A DNA stretch of 50,228 nt, taken from the NCBI RefSeq assembly GCF_001194135.2, contig NC_068982.1, positions 25,259,535 to 25,309,762 on the forward strand. The letters run 5' to 3'. The notes under the pieces are model-generated. The model was not told the origin of the DNA, ran no database searches, and saw only the letters and a list, made by a program, of their open reading frames with translations. The translations under genes were made by a program, and so were the position numbers. This DNA is from Octopus bimaculoides. Lineage: Eukaryota. Positions within the stretch are counted from its first letter, which is position 1. The number at the start of each line of letters is the position of its first letter. Positions 11,511 through 24,000 of the stretch are shown here, piece after piece.

Positions 11511-11950
11511 ATGACCGTGTGGTAAGAAGTTTATTTCCCAAAATCTAGCCTCGGATTGAGTCCCACTATCTGTCACGTCGAGCAAGTATCTTCTATTATA
11601 GCTCGATCCGATCAAAGCCTCGTGAAGGGATTTGGTCGACGGTAGTTGAAAGAAGCCGAACGTAAACACTCATGCATACATGTATGTATGTATGTATGTA
11701 TGTATGCATGCATGCATGTATGTATGTATTTATGTATGTATTTATGTATGTATGTACGTATGTATGTATGTAGGTGTAATTGTCTTTGTATTAGTGTTTT
11801 GTCCTACCGCCGTTTGACAACTGATGCTGGGTTGATTATTTCTTTGTCAAAAGAGACCGACAGAATAAGTACAAAGGTTGACTTGTTCGACTAAACAATT
11901 GAAAATGGTACCCCAGCATGGCCGCAGTCCAATGCCTGAACAAAATAAAA
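11511..11950 (+). mobile_element. OR2-like SINE with internal (ATGT)n
   Basis: Head, CORE-like segment and tail are collinear with 6979-7362; the internal microsatellite is at 11680-11770. Confidence 0.8.
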
Positions 11951-12501
11951 CAATCAAATACAGATGCTAGGGATGTTGCAATGGACATTTACCTGATTTT
12001 TCCAGAGATGTATAGAGATTTCTTTCATTTCACAAAATTTGTTGTTTAATCTCGAGTCAACTGTGATCGAACGGATCTATGACAATGAAAGATGTTCCTG
12101 CTAGAATCATGCCATATATACTTCTAAATAGTGTATCTAGTACTATATAATCCAGGATGTATTTTCGTTTCTTACAATCTGTAGTACAACTGTTGTGTGA
12201 GTTGGTAGCTATTTCATGTAGCTTCAGTGACCATGTTAGATTTCCCTCATTAGCAGCATGACTGCGATGGTATAAAAGCCACTGGATAAAGGCCGACAAG
12301 CATTCTTCGATGTTTCATAGCAGCAGTCTCCATGACACTGATATGCTATAATTTAGTTTCATAGCTCTGAATGTCAAGAGTTCTGAAAGAGGAAGATGAG
12401 GTATGGTAGTCGTGGTGGTGTTTGTATTACCATAAATTTATTATGATATATTTTTGAATTTAATAGAGTGTCGTTACAGTGTTCATAAAAGTGAAAGTAG
12501 C

Positions 12502-12715
12502 GGAGGTGTCAATGGCTGGCACAATCGTTAACACGCCGGACAAAATGCTTAGCTACATTTCTTCTGGCTTTACAATCGGAGTTCTTATCCAACCGAAGTT
12601 GTCTATGCCTTTAATTCCTTCCAGGTTGATAAAATAAGCATCACCTGGGGTAAATGCGGTCAACTAGCACCTTCTTCGAATATTCCAGGCCTCCTGTCTA
12701 TACTAAGACAAGTAT
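12502..12715 (+). mobile_element. OR1-like SINE, degenerate
   Basis: GGCTGGCACAATCGTTAACACGCCGGACAAAATGCTTAGC...GATAAAATAAG is homologous to the 26229, 37640 and 49127 copies. Confidence 0.75.
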
Positions 12716-13081
12716 TGGCCGTGACACAATTTCAATGAAATTTATCACTTTACAATTTCGCAGTCAGACAGAGTGTTGGTATAATTCCCGGTTTAATTTC
12801 TGGTTACTGTGATACTACTCATGATTTTTGTTGCTGAATAAGGATATATGTTCTTACTATATAAGCGTCCAGTAACAAGCTGCAATAAAACTTTAGTAAT
12901 ATTCAATTGAAAAGGCAGACATTTCTTCTGCAAATAATCACGCACACACACTTGCATATATAAATATGTATTTACGTATGGGTGTGTGTGTGCGTGCGCG
13001 ATATGTTTACAAATGTATCTATATATATTTATATATTTATCCACACATGCACATACAAACACACGTGTATATGTGTATATA

Positions 13082-13208
13082 TATAGAGGTGTATGAAATG
13101 TCCTGAACCTCCAAAAAGACATAACATAGTACAAGATGGCTGATGAAGGCAAAACTTCAAGGCTCAAAGGATTTGAAAGCTCAAAATTTTTCATACACCC
13201 GCTCGTAC
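13082..13208. mobile_element. Short MITE-like element (Tc1/mariner-like ends)
   Basis: Inverted repeats GGTGTATGAAA (about 13089) and TTTCATACACC (about 13189) are present. The right end reads ...CCCGCTCGTA and the flanks are TA-rich. Confidence 0.55.
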
Positions 13209-13265
<57 letters not shown>

Positions 13266-14147
13266 CGTGCGTGTGTGTGTGTAAGTATGTATGTGTGTTT
13301 GTGTGTATATCTGTATGTATAACATACAGCAGAAATAATAAGCCCACAGAGAAAATTCTGTTAAATTTGATGACTTAAGAAGTCATAGGAGACACTTTCA
13401 GCATAATATGTTAGTTTGGAAAATCTTGGTGCCTTTTGAAACAGAAATTTTACTCATTCCTGATGATTTAACTTAGATAGTAATACAAACAATGAAGTAT
13501 TTATATCCATGATTAACATCTAAAAAGAACACTTAGTTTAATATTTCGGGGGGNNNNNNNNNNNNNNNNNNNNNNNNNNNNNNNNNNNNNNNNNNNNNNN
13601 NNNNNNNNNNNNNNNNNNNNNNNNNNNNNNNNNNNNNNNNNNNNNNNNNNNNNNNNNNNNNNNNNNNNNNNNNNNNNNNNNNNNNNNNNNNNNNNNNNNN
13701 NNNNNNNNNNNNNNNNNNNNNNNNNNNNNNNNNNNNNNNNNNNNNNNNNNNNNNNNNNNNNNNNNNNNNNNNNNNNNNNNNNNNNNNNNNNNNNNNNNNN
13801 NNNNNNNNNNNNNNNNNNNNNNNNNNNNNNNNNNNNNNNNNNNNNNNNNNNNNNNNNNNNNNNNNNNNNNNNNNNNNNNNNNNNNNNNNNNNNNNNNNNN
13901 NNNNNNNNNNNNNNNNNNNNNNNNNNNNNNNNNNNNNNNNNNNNNNNNNNNNNNNNNNNNNNNNNNNNNNNNNNNNNNNNNNNNNNNNNNNNNNNNNNNN
14001 NNNNNNNNNNNNNNNNNNNNNNNNNNNNNNNNNNNNNNNNNNNNNNNNNNNNNNNNNNNNNNNNNNNNNNNNNNNNNNNNNNNNNNNNNNNNNNNNNNNN
14101 NNNNNNNNNNNNNNNNNNNNNNNNNNNNNNNNNNNNNNNNNNNNNNN

Positions 14148-14178
<31 letters not shown>

Positions 14179-14985
14179 TTTGTGCGGCCGTTATATGTAA
14201 AAAAAAAAAAAGTGCCATAGGAAACAAAGTTGGGGACTCCTTGCGTTTTTGCAGAGTGCAATATATTATATTTCATATTATAAACTAAAATAATGTGATC
14301 CCGTAACCTTCAGCTAATAAGAAAACAAAACACATATCAAATATGCGTGTGTATGCTAATGCATGCATATATCCCTATGCCTCTGTATGGGTATTAGTAC
14401 GAGTGCGTGTCGTGTGTATCTCAGTTTTCATAAAATTCTTACAAACAGTATTTTGCCTGCTGCCCTTGATCATCTTGAGGACATTGATAACAAATATGAA
14501 CGTGCTTTTATACGATGAAACAAAGCATTTGATCATTCTTTATAGCCTTGGCCATCATGATATTTATTATAGCCTGGCTGATATATCGTCAAAATAACAG
14601 CGACATGAAGCATGTCCTAATTTCTAACACAGTTGTAAGTTGGTTGTTAGATGCAAAAAAATAAGGTGAAATGTTACTTTTGATCACGTCCCCTCGTAAT
14701 CTTGACACGCACCCCTACACATAATGTTTTATCGCGAAACATTAATCTTCGGTTTTCAACTTCTTTATTAGCCGCATCTTCACCTCTGTCCCTTTACAAA
14801 AGTATCATGCAAGTGTGTTGATACGTCCGACTGAAAAGGAATATTTTCGCTTGACATGCTGATAACAATAAATTTAATTTGTTTGAAATCAGTTTTATTT
14901 ACATCGCTTTGAAAAATAAATGAATAGAGTCTTGTTGTTTATACTGTTTCTGTTTTTTTTTTGTTTTATCACTTGCAAATTTCAG

Positions 14986-15029
14986 GTTAGCCCTGATCGT
15001 GTTGGTTTACAATGAAATGTATTCCAGTT
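14986..15029 (+). other. Candidate 44-nt micro-exon
   Basis: A long polypyrimidine tract and TTTCAG acceptor end at 14985, and a GTGAGT donor starts at 15030. Only one frame is open (LALIVLVYNEMYSS). There is no homology or expression support. Confidence 0.3.
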
Positions 15030-15882
15030 GTGAGTAAACTCTGTCTTTTTCAAGCGTTTTGTATACACACATACACACATAGAGGCACAAATACACACGC
15101 ACACACACGTATATATATATATATATATNNNNNNNNNNNNNNNNNNNNNNNNNNNNNNNNNNNNNNNNNNNNNNNNNNNNNNNNNNNNNNNNNNNNNNNN
15201 NNNNNNNNNNNNNNNNNNNNNNNNNNNNNNNNNNNNNNNNNNNNNNNNNNNNNNNNNNNNNNNNNNNNNNNNNNNNNNNNNNNNNNNNNNNNNNNNNNNN
15301 NNNNNNNNNNNNNNNNNNNNNNNNNNNNNNNNNNNNNNNNNNNNNNNNNNNNNNNNNNNNNNNNNNNNNNNNNNNNNNNNNNNNNNNNNNNNNNNNNNNN
15401 NNNNNNNNNNNNNNNNNNNNNNNNNNNNNNNNNNNNTATATACTTTTAGTAGAGGCCTAGTAACACCCAGTGGTGATTCAAATAGATGAAATATATTTTC
15501 CGGGAATATATTATAGCAATAAGGCAATATTCCAACTGCTTGTCAAAGCTTCTATTAATAAATATATTATTAGAACTGCTAAAACATTAATTAAAATGTA
15601 TTATATAGCTAATTAAACACAATACTTTATCAGAGATCACCGTGAAAATATATTTACGTTGAAAAATGCATGTTCATTACAGAATAACTTCATTAAAATA
15701 GTGTGTATACTAGCTAGACTACTTCTGCTATGCATCATAACGCGTCGTGGTGGCTGGAGAAAACCAAATGCTAAACCATATCGTAGAGCATGTTTCACAT
15801 TTTATTAGTATGTGTTTAGATGAGACAACGATTTCTTCTAAACTCATTTCGATAATTTTATTCAATAAATTTTGGTGCCAAT

Positions 15883-15884
<2 letters not shown>

Positions 15885-15947
<63 letters not shown>

Positions 15948-15952
15948 CGTGC
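15885..15952. repeat. (TG)n microsatellite
   Basis: Directly visible. Confidence 0.97.
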
Positions 15953-16076
15953 AGCAGTAGACTATAAGAATGATATATTTTTTAAAGCATAAATATTATG
16001 TCGCATAGAACTCAGTACGTTAATGAGGTGGGTGATGTCGTGGATAATTTGCCAGTCTACTCTGTTTCACCTCTAG

Positions 16077-16127
16077 CTTGGCATTTCACGAGACAAAAGA
16101 GAAATCTGAAATTTATATACGGTTCAG
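16077..16127 (+). other. Candidate 51-nt micro-exon
   Basis: The acceptor is TCTACTCTGTTTCACCTCTAG and the donor is CAG|GTATGT. It is phase-compatible with 14986-15029, reading SWHFTRQKRNLKFIYGS. Confidence 0.25.
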
Positions 16128-16360
16128 GTATGTGTGTAAATGTGGATATATATATCGTAAGCTAACCGAGGAAGTGGGTGATTATATTTTTAGTGAAAAC
16201 AGTTGTGGATGGTTTAACAAATAACTTTTTTGTCTTTTCGCTGACTGGAAGTACCGAGTTCAGTTTATACTTTACTGAAATACAAATGTATTGTCCCTAA
16301 ATTAAAGTGTTTCATTTCTCAGAAAACGTTTACTGTAAATTTTTTCGACTAGGTATCTAA

Positions 16361-16370
16361 TGTCTATATG

Positions 16371-16464
<94 letters not shown>

Positions 16465-16572
16465 GATATATTTTAAATATTATAAAAGTGAATGGATTTG
16501 AAGTTCCTTCTAACTTAGGCTGGCTTATGTCTATATGGATAAACAGACAGACAGACAGACAGACAGATAGAC

Positions 16573-16609
<37 letters not shown>

Positions 16610-16661
16610 TTTTATATATTTTAAAACTGAATGAAGTTGAAGTTCGCTCTAACTTAGGCTG
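16361..16661 (+). repeat. Two-unit tandem duplication containing (GACA)n(GATA)n
   Basis: The units 16361-16527 and 16528-16661 both start TGTCTATATGGA and end CTAACTTAGGCTG (first unit +GCTTA), and they differ mainly in array length. Confidence 0.85.
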
Positions 16662-17429
16662 TCTTTATTATAGTGATCACTAATAGTCTGAACAAAGTGA
16701 ATTAGAGATGAGAAGGAAATTATTGAAGGAATCACGAAGAATGACTTATTGACTTTAGAGATATTTGCAATATTACTATCTTTAGACTTAAAACCAGGTT
16801 TGGCCTGCTCGCCTCACTAACCAAGTTATATCATCCTTTCACCGCCATATCCTATGGCTTTCCCTCTCAAGCGTTGACTGGATTTCTGATGTTTGCTGAT
16901 GTCTCAGGTCGATTTTGGACTTCCAGCGGAGTAAATACTCAAAGATCATTAGTGCAAATAAGTCTAAATAAATTCTAATGAAGAAAATATATTGTTAGAA
17001 TGGAATAGTTTAGTTGTGAATAAAATACCTACGTAAAATCAATAAGTAATTCTTCTGAAACTTCTGACATATCCACTCTGACACACCTAAATTTAAATGA
17101 ATCCTATAAAAACAGAGTTTTTGTGACTTCCCTGACTTGGTCAATTTTGCCAAGTTTGAAACTCATAGTAAGCACACAAATTTGATAGGCCTTTCCATTC
17201 CACCCAACTTATTGAGTCCTACACTTGATAATTTTTGCCGTATGTCAAACATGTCATTACCATATTTGTCTAAAGTTGAATTATTATACACACACGAACA
17301 CATCCCAACATACAGAAATATACACAAACACGCATGTGCGCATACACACACGCACATATGAACATATAGATACACACATACAATCACGCACACACATATA
17401 AACGTATACACGCAAGAATACACATTCAC

Positions 17430-17432
17430 ACA

Positions 17433-17488
<56 letters not shown>

Positions 17489-17578
17489 TGTATGCCGTCT
17501 ACGAAATCCACTCCTATTGTAGAAGGCACTTACCCAAGTTGCCGTGCAGTGGGACTGAACCCGGAACCATGTGGTTCC
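17430..17578 (-). mobile_element. OR2-like SINE 5' part plus (CA)n
   Basis: The reverse complement AACCACATGGTTCCGGGTTCAGTCCCACTGCACGGCAACTTGGGTAAGTG matches the head at 6979. Confidence 0.75.
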
Positions 17579-18917
17579 TATACGTGTATATATTTGGCTG
17601 AAACCAAGACTAGCTAAAGCTAGTATCTTTAAGAACTGTCGTGATACTCTAAAAACCACTCATTTCTAGTTGACAACGTTATTTTTCGCTAACGAAATTA
17701 AATTATTAGTTTGTTTCTCGATACAGAATTGCTTACGTTTCCTTTATCTCCTTTACTACCTCACACACACACACACACACACATACATGCGTGCTGGCAG
17801 TCTCAGAAGTAAAAAAAATTACACGCACGCGCAAACGTATACACATACAGAAGTACAGTTGTGTGCATGTGCAGTATGCAACATATTTGTATTTATACAT
17901 ACGTAAAGATATCGAAGAGTCTGTTTTAAACTAAGTTTATATGTAATTGTATATATTTTAATACATTTGCATTGTTATGTTAAACCTTATTTTTAACTTG
18001 TCGCTTCATAGGTATTTGTCTGTTTGCAATCTTATTTCCAAGTTTCTTTCTAGCTTAGTGTTTCCTGTATCACAGGGACAGTACTCGTGCTTGCGTAACC
18101 TCTCTCATACAAAGCTAAATTTTCTTTGCTTTTGAATAATTTCACTTTATATTTTCTGGGTACGTTTTATACTGTAAACAATTGACACAATAAACATATA
18201 GGTTTTAGGTATATTTTCGATATTATATCAAAACACTTCAAATGATGACATCTGTTTTCTTTCAAATGAAACAATTTTATTTGAGAAAAAGAATTTAGAT
18301 GGCATGAAATATGTTACAGATTACTCTCTTTTTGAACGTCACATGACATTGTCCATTCCTCTCTCGAATATATATGTGTGTGTGTGAGCGTGTCAGTGAG
18401 TCAGTGCACATGTATGGGTGTGTGTCTCTGTGTATGTTTCTGTCTGTATCTGTGTGTGTGCGTGTGTGTGTATGTGCGTGTGTGTGGGTATGTTTAAGAC
18501 TTGCATCTTTTCAAGTCGAGCAACTGCTGTAGTCAAGCGTGCGTATTGAACCAGAAAGAGGTGAAGATATTTGTTGCCGACAGACAAGGAATGATAATTT
18601 CATTCTATGGCATGTCATTTCTGGACAATACTTAATAATTTGAGCTCCCGTTTCGTTCATATTTAAAGATACCATCAATATATCAAGAAATTTTCTTTTA
18701 TACTATTTAATTTAAATCTGCTCTGACAAACTTAAGTGTGAATGTATGTGTACGTGTGTGTTGGTGGGTAGGTGTGTTGGTAGGTGCGTGTGTGTGTGAG
18801 GGTAGGTGTGTGTGGGTAGGTGTGTGTGTGGGTAGGTGTGTGTGTGGGTAGGTGTATGTGTGGGTAGGTGTGTGTGTGGGGGTAGATGTGTGTGGGGGTA
18901 GATGTGTGTGTGTGTCA

Positions 18918-19171
18918 GTGAGTGCAATAAGACGTCTTCTTCCCAACTACATGGTTCTGGGTTCAATTCGACTGTATGACACATTGGGCAATTGATTCAA
19001 CTGTAGCCTCCTGCTGACCAATGACTTGTCAGGGAATGTGGTGGAGGGAAACCAAAAGAAGCTTCTCGTGTGTATGTATGCAATCATGTATAGATGGGGA
19101 GAAGGATGGACAGACAGACAGACTGACTGACAAATAGACAGACAGACAGACAGACCGATAGACAGACAGAC

Positions 19172-19225
<54 letters not shown>

Positions 19226-19226
19226 G

Positions 19227-19257
<31 letters not shown>

Positions 19258-19418
19258 CTCTCTGTGTCTGTCTATATGTATATTTGTTTCCAATCGCTGC
19301 TTGACAATAGTTTTTGGTATGTTTACGTCAATGCAACTTAAGTGTTCGGTGATAGACACCGGTATGGTAAGTACCTGGCTTAAGAATAATTACTGGCATC
19401 GACTTGTTCGACTAAAAC
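18918..19418 (+). mobile_element. Degenerate OR2-like SINE with internal (GACA)/(GATA) array
   Basis: The head ACATGGTTCTGGGTTCAATTC...TTGGGCAA and the tail GCTTGACAA...GTTTACGTC...GACTTGTTCGACTAAAA are present, with the microsatellite at about 19110-19257. Confidence 0.7.
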
Positions 19419-19623
19419 GCACATACATACATACATATACATATATATGTATATANNNNNNNNNNNNNNNNNNNNNNNNNNNNNNNNNNNNNNNNNNNNN
19501 NNNNNNNNNNNNNNNNNNNNNNNNNNNNNNNNNNNNNNNNNNNNNNNNNNNNNNNNNNNNNNNNNNNNNNNNNNNNNNNNNNNNNNNNNNNNNNNNNNNN
19601 NNNNNNNNNNNNNNNNATGTATG

Positions 19624-19657
<34 letters not shown>

Positions 19658-19679
19658 TGTATCTTTTTTTCTGTTTATC

Positions 19680-20660
19680 TTTTGTTAAAATAGAGGACAC
19701 CAGCCTCTCTGAATTGAGCTGCTGTTTCGTAGACTTTGGCCTTCTCCCCGTTCAAATAATCTTCACCAGATAGATTATGATTGCTAGGGACAAAGAGTAT
19801 GCAACAATTAATGCTCGTTGTTTTCTTTTTCTTTCCTGTTTCATATCTATTTACCTTTTGTCTTCTCGCTTGACTTTTGCATCAACCTTCTTAACGATTT
19901 TTCTCGTGTTTTCTTATAGATTAGCGTCCTGGTTTTGAAATTAGACTAATCCTGTGCATTTAGCCCGAAAGATTTCTTGGAGACATAAGGGAGATTATAT
20001 AAATCTGCTGTATTTATCGTGTTTCTACAGCATGAAAGTGTTAATAGGTTCTTATTTAAATTCTGTCTATTAACATGATATAAGTTTGATGGAAATATTC
20101 CATTAACATTCTTTTTGTGTGGCAATATGCAATTATCCTGAACCAAAGTGTTGCTTAAATGCATTCTAGAGCAGCCTTTCTTATCGTTGTATGTTGTTTT
20201 AGCACCAAAATCCTGTTGAAGTGGAGGCAGACATTGATGACGTTTTAAGGCAGCTGCTAATTACATATGTTATGTCATTCATAGAAGTCAGAGACATAGT
20301 CGACACTTGCATTTGCATATTGCGACTTCAATTAATTTGTTATCCTATTTATTTATGAAATATTTTTTTTGCAGTTATCTCCTGCTCTTGCATTGGGAAC
20401 GCATAGTCTGGAACATGTTTCGTGATACAGCGGTTATGAGTTCCTTGAGATATTACACTTCATATTGATATTGTCACCATTTTCAAGTTAAAGGTAATAT
20501 TCTTATTCTGGTATGTAGTCCATATTTCTACTGGGTCTTTGCTGATGTATGCGAACCTTGAACTTCTGGTTTTGTAAAGTTAGTTATCAGGAAATAAGTG
20601 CGTTAAAAATAGTGCACTGAAGACTTTCAGAATATTGTTGAATTCAGTTTCCGGCACTTG
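19680..20660 (-). mobile_element. Possible highly decayed LINE endonuclease-RT linker
   Basis: The minus strand has K/R-rich stretches (RKIVKKVDAKVKREDKR) typical of the region between EN and RT, with many stops and no diagnostic motif. Confidence 0.3.
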
Positions 20661-20755
20661 TTTCGTGTATTTATATATACAGCTATCCCCTACGACACTC
20701 CAAATCTTTTTAGACTGGTCACTCTTTCTAACACACTTACATACTGTGTGTGTGT

Positions 20756-20802
<47 letters not shown>

Positions 20803-21307
20803 NNNNNNNNNNNNNNNNNNNNNNNNNNNNNNNNNNNNNNNNNNNNNNNNNNNNNNNNNNNNNNNNNNNNNNNNNNNNNNNNNNNNNNNNNNNNNNNNNN
20901 NNNNNNNNNNNNNNNNNNNNNNNNNNNNNNNNNNNNNNNNNNNNNNNNNNNNNNNNNNNNNNNNNNNNNNNNNNNNNNNNNNNNNNNNNNNNNNNNNNNN
21001 NNNNNNNNNNNNNNNNNNNNNNNNNNNNNNNNNNNNNNNNNNNNNNNNNNNNNNNNNNNNNNNNNNNNNNNNNNNNNNNNNNNNNNNNNNNNNNNNNNNN
21101 NNNNNNNNNNNNNNNNNNNNNNNNNNNNNNNNNNNNNNNNNNNNNNNNNNNNNNNNNNNNNNNNNNNNNNNNNNNNNNNNNNNNNNNNNNNNNNNNNNNN
21201 NNNNNNNNNNNNNNNNNNNNNNNNNNNNNNNNNNNNNNNNNNNNNNNNNNNNNNNNNNNNNNNNNNNNNNNNNNNNNNNNNNNNNNNNNNNNNNNNNNNN
21301 NNNNNNN

Positions 21308-21361
<54 letters not shown>

Positions 21362-22799
21362 GCACAAACATACATTCGCATCTTTATGTGTGCTAGAGAA
21401 AGAGAGAAGAAAGTGTGGGAAGGGATATATATTTTTGTGTACTATTTCGCAAATCGGTCATTGCAGATGAATTTGCTATACAACAAATGTCGCTTTTATT
21501 GGATGATAGTCTAGTTTCCGGGTTAACAAAAGAAAAAAACTTTCCTTTGTAAGATGCTGGTCTTAGTCCGTACGTATTTGCCTTACCTCTCAGGAAATAG
21601 ACGGTAGTTCATCTGGGTTAGTGTTGCTAGAACTAGCGAACTACAAAATCTGTTGTGCAAAATAAAGCTCAAATTTTGGCTTCACCAAAACGCGAAACTG
21701 ATAACAGAGATTTAAGCATCAAACTCACAAGCTGATTTCCTAAGTTAATATAGACATTTACTATACGATCGACTGTTTCGTTTTCATTTAGTGAACATAA
21801 GAAATTCAAATATTTCTTATCGGATGTTAAATGTGACGTCTATGTTTGCTGATGTATATTCACTGACATTGCTTAGTGAGATACTTGTATTTTCCATTCT
21901 TTGTACTGCCTTGGGTAAGGAAATAATTTTGTTTAGATTTCTATTCGGCTGCTGTCTGGTGTCTTTTTATCGATGTTAATTTAGAGTTTCCTGTAATTTT
22001 TCTTTATATCTGTTGGCGTTAATTATGGCAAATGTGTTATTATCGACTGCTTTTGTAATGCTAATATTCTGGTTATGAACTATTTCTTTTGTGATCTTTT
22101 TAGCTTTTCTCTAAACAACAGACTTTCTTTCGTGCAGCACAAGATAATTTTTAAAACTTATTCTTTGTTTTATAATTATGTTAATCGTTATATTTTTATC
22201 ATCGTCAATATTCTTTTGGTTTCTTTTAGTCTTTGAGAGAAAAAAAAACGTTACAATTCCATTCGATTTATTATGTTTAGGTATCTAACTTGGATGTTGT
22301 AATTAATTCTAAAGTAAAGAACTTCCAATTTCGACTATATAAACAGTGATTCAGATATGTTTGCGCATTTGTCTTGGTCGAATGACGTATAATTTATATA
22401 CTTATGTTATATTTCCGTTTACATTGTTTGTGTCTCACTGACTCAGTTACTGGCCTTTGACAGATTCTTGTAGCTTCCTTACATCTTTAGGTCATGTCTA
22501 CCAACTCCTTTCTGAATATTTAGATTTCATTTTTGATCTTCTAATATTCATTGGTTTTCATCCTTTGTGCAGAACGGTTCCAAACATAAAAGTGTTGACT
22601 CATTCACTAATGCAAACGCACAAGTAATATTCACAATCTCTCACGCATATGCAGGCATACAAACTTACATACATGCATATAATATATGAAAATAATACAC
22701 ACACACATACATACATATATACTTGTTTTTACGTTATAATACAATTTTACATTCAATTGAAGGATTACTCAATACATCTGGTGGACAACAATTTAAGTA

Positions 22800-22885
22800 T
22801 TCTCTAGCAACAAAACCAATGCGCACGAATGTCGACTCCGGCAAAATTTGAACTCAGATCGTAAAACCGGAAGAAATGCGACGCA
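22800..22885 (-). mobile_element. OR1-like SINE fragment
   Basis: The reverse complement GCATTTCTTCCGGTTTTACGATCTGAGTTCAAATTTTGCCGGAGTCGAC matches the OR1-like copies. Confidence 0.6.
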
Positions 22886-23095
22886 GCAGTTAAGACAATG
22901 GTTTGCCCTTTCTGCATTGATGGTAAGACAGGGATCATTCTTAAATAATTTTCAGTTCCTTTTTTTATCATTCCAAGTGCTCCTACAATCACTGGTATTG
23001 TAACCGTCTTGAGATGCCACATCTCGACTTCGATTAGCAAATCTTTCTAATTTTTGAGGTTGTCAAATTTTGCCAAGAAATTATGGTCACATGGT
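22885..23095 (-). mobile_element. R4/Dong-like non-LTR retrotransposon 3' fragment A (restriction-like endonuclease C-terminus)
   Basis: The minus strand reads KDLLIEVEMWHLKTVTIPVIVGALGMIKKGTENYL, the KYxDL...MW...PVIVGALG motif of RLE-type elements. Confidence 0.8.
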
Positions 23096-23099
23096 ATGC

Positions 23100-23655
23100 T
23101 TATTATTATTATTGTTGTTGTTATTTTTGTTGTTGTTGTTGTTGTTGCTGTTATTGTTATTATAATTATTATTTATTGTCTTTACACAGGTTCTACGGTG
23201 CCAGCTGTTTACTGCCAGCGAACTAAGGTACCCCCCACCCTTATTTTTCGAGTACCATCCGGATTATTCGAGCGGTTCCAAGCAGTGATGTTTTCTGCAA
23301 GTGCTGCACCCTTATTGTTGCCCCTATTTGTTCCACGTATTCCTTAAGATTTTTACTCTCTGTTCCCTGGGCTCCGACACTTATTGATACTACTACCACA
23401 TTTTTCATCATCTAACTTCCCCAGCTAACCTGTCATGACTATCGACATTTCTTTCTTCCTTATCGCATACCCTATTGTCAGCTGGGCATGCTATATCTAT
23501 GATCCAGCATCGTTTGCTTTCTGTCTCAATTAACACTATGTCTGGCTTCTTATTCTCTGTCTCATGGTCGCACAGTATCATACAATCCCATAAGATCTTT
23601 GCATTATCATTTTCGATGATGCCTTCGGGTTTATGTTCGTACCATTTTTTTGCTC
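23100..23655 (-). mobile_element. R4/Dong-like 3' fragment B with (TAA/CAA)n tail
   Basis: The minus strand reads WYEHKPEGIIENDNAKILWD..CDHETENKKPDIVLIETESKRCWIIDIACPADN...LQKTSLLGTARIIRMVLEK*, with the stop at 23241-23243. This includes the PD-(D/E)xK RLE motif, followed by AATAAA and a trinucleotide tail. Confidence 0.88.
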
Positions 23656-24000
23656 TATTATTTTTCTTATTATTATTCAGTAGTTTTATTTTTATAACGT
23701 GCTTTCACTTCACTAGCGAACGCAGCTCTGTTTCCCTTGGGTATGTGCTGTGGTTTGCCGTGATGCTCTTATGGTTACTGTAGTTTTGCGTAGGATGTGT
23801 GCAGTGTACAGTAGTGCAATTTTCTGCATGTTATATATATTTGTAAGTCCTGGTGTTTTTGTTATGTATTTGTCTGAATAATTTTTTATCATACCTAAGG
23901 CGCCTACTATGATAGGAATTGTTTCTGCTTTTACGTTCCACATTCGAGTTACCTCTATTTCCAGGTCTTTGTATTTTGAAAGTTTTTCTGTCGTTGATAT
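23656..24000 (-). mobile_element. R4/Dong-like 3' fragment C
   Basis: The minus strand reads EKLSKYKDLEIEVTRMWNVKAETIPIIVGALGMIK...QKIALLYTAHILRK. It is highly similar to 49870-50228 and has (TTA)n on both sides. Confidence 0.88.

Noticed and set aside
13138-13190. CTGATGA...GAAA as a hammerhead
   Set aside because: No consistent stems I-III could be formed, and it lies inside a MITE-like element.
14148-14340. Poly(T) tract as the tail of a processed pseudogene
   Set aside because: It abuts an N-gap, and I found no recognisable coding sequence or TSD.
20374-20490. Candidate exon after TTTTTTTGCAG
   Set aside because: All three frames contain stops, and the region looks like antisense LINE remnant.
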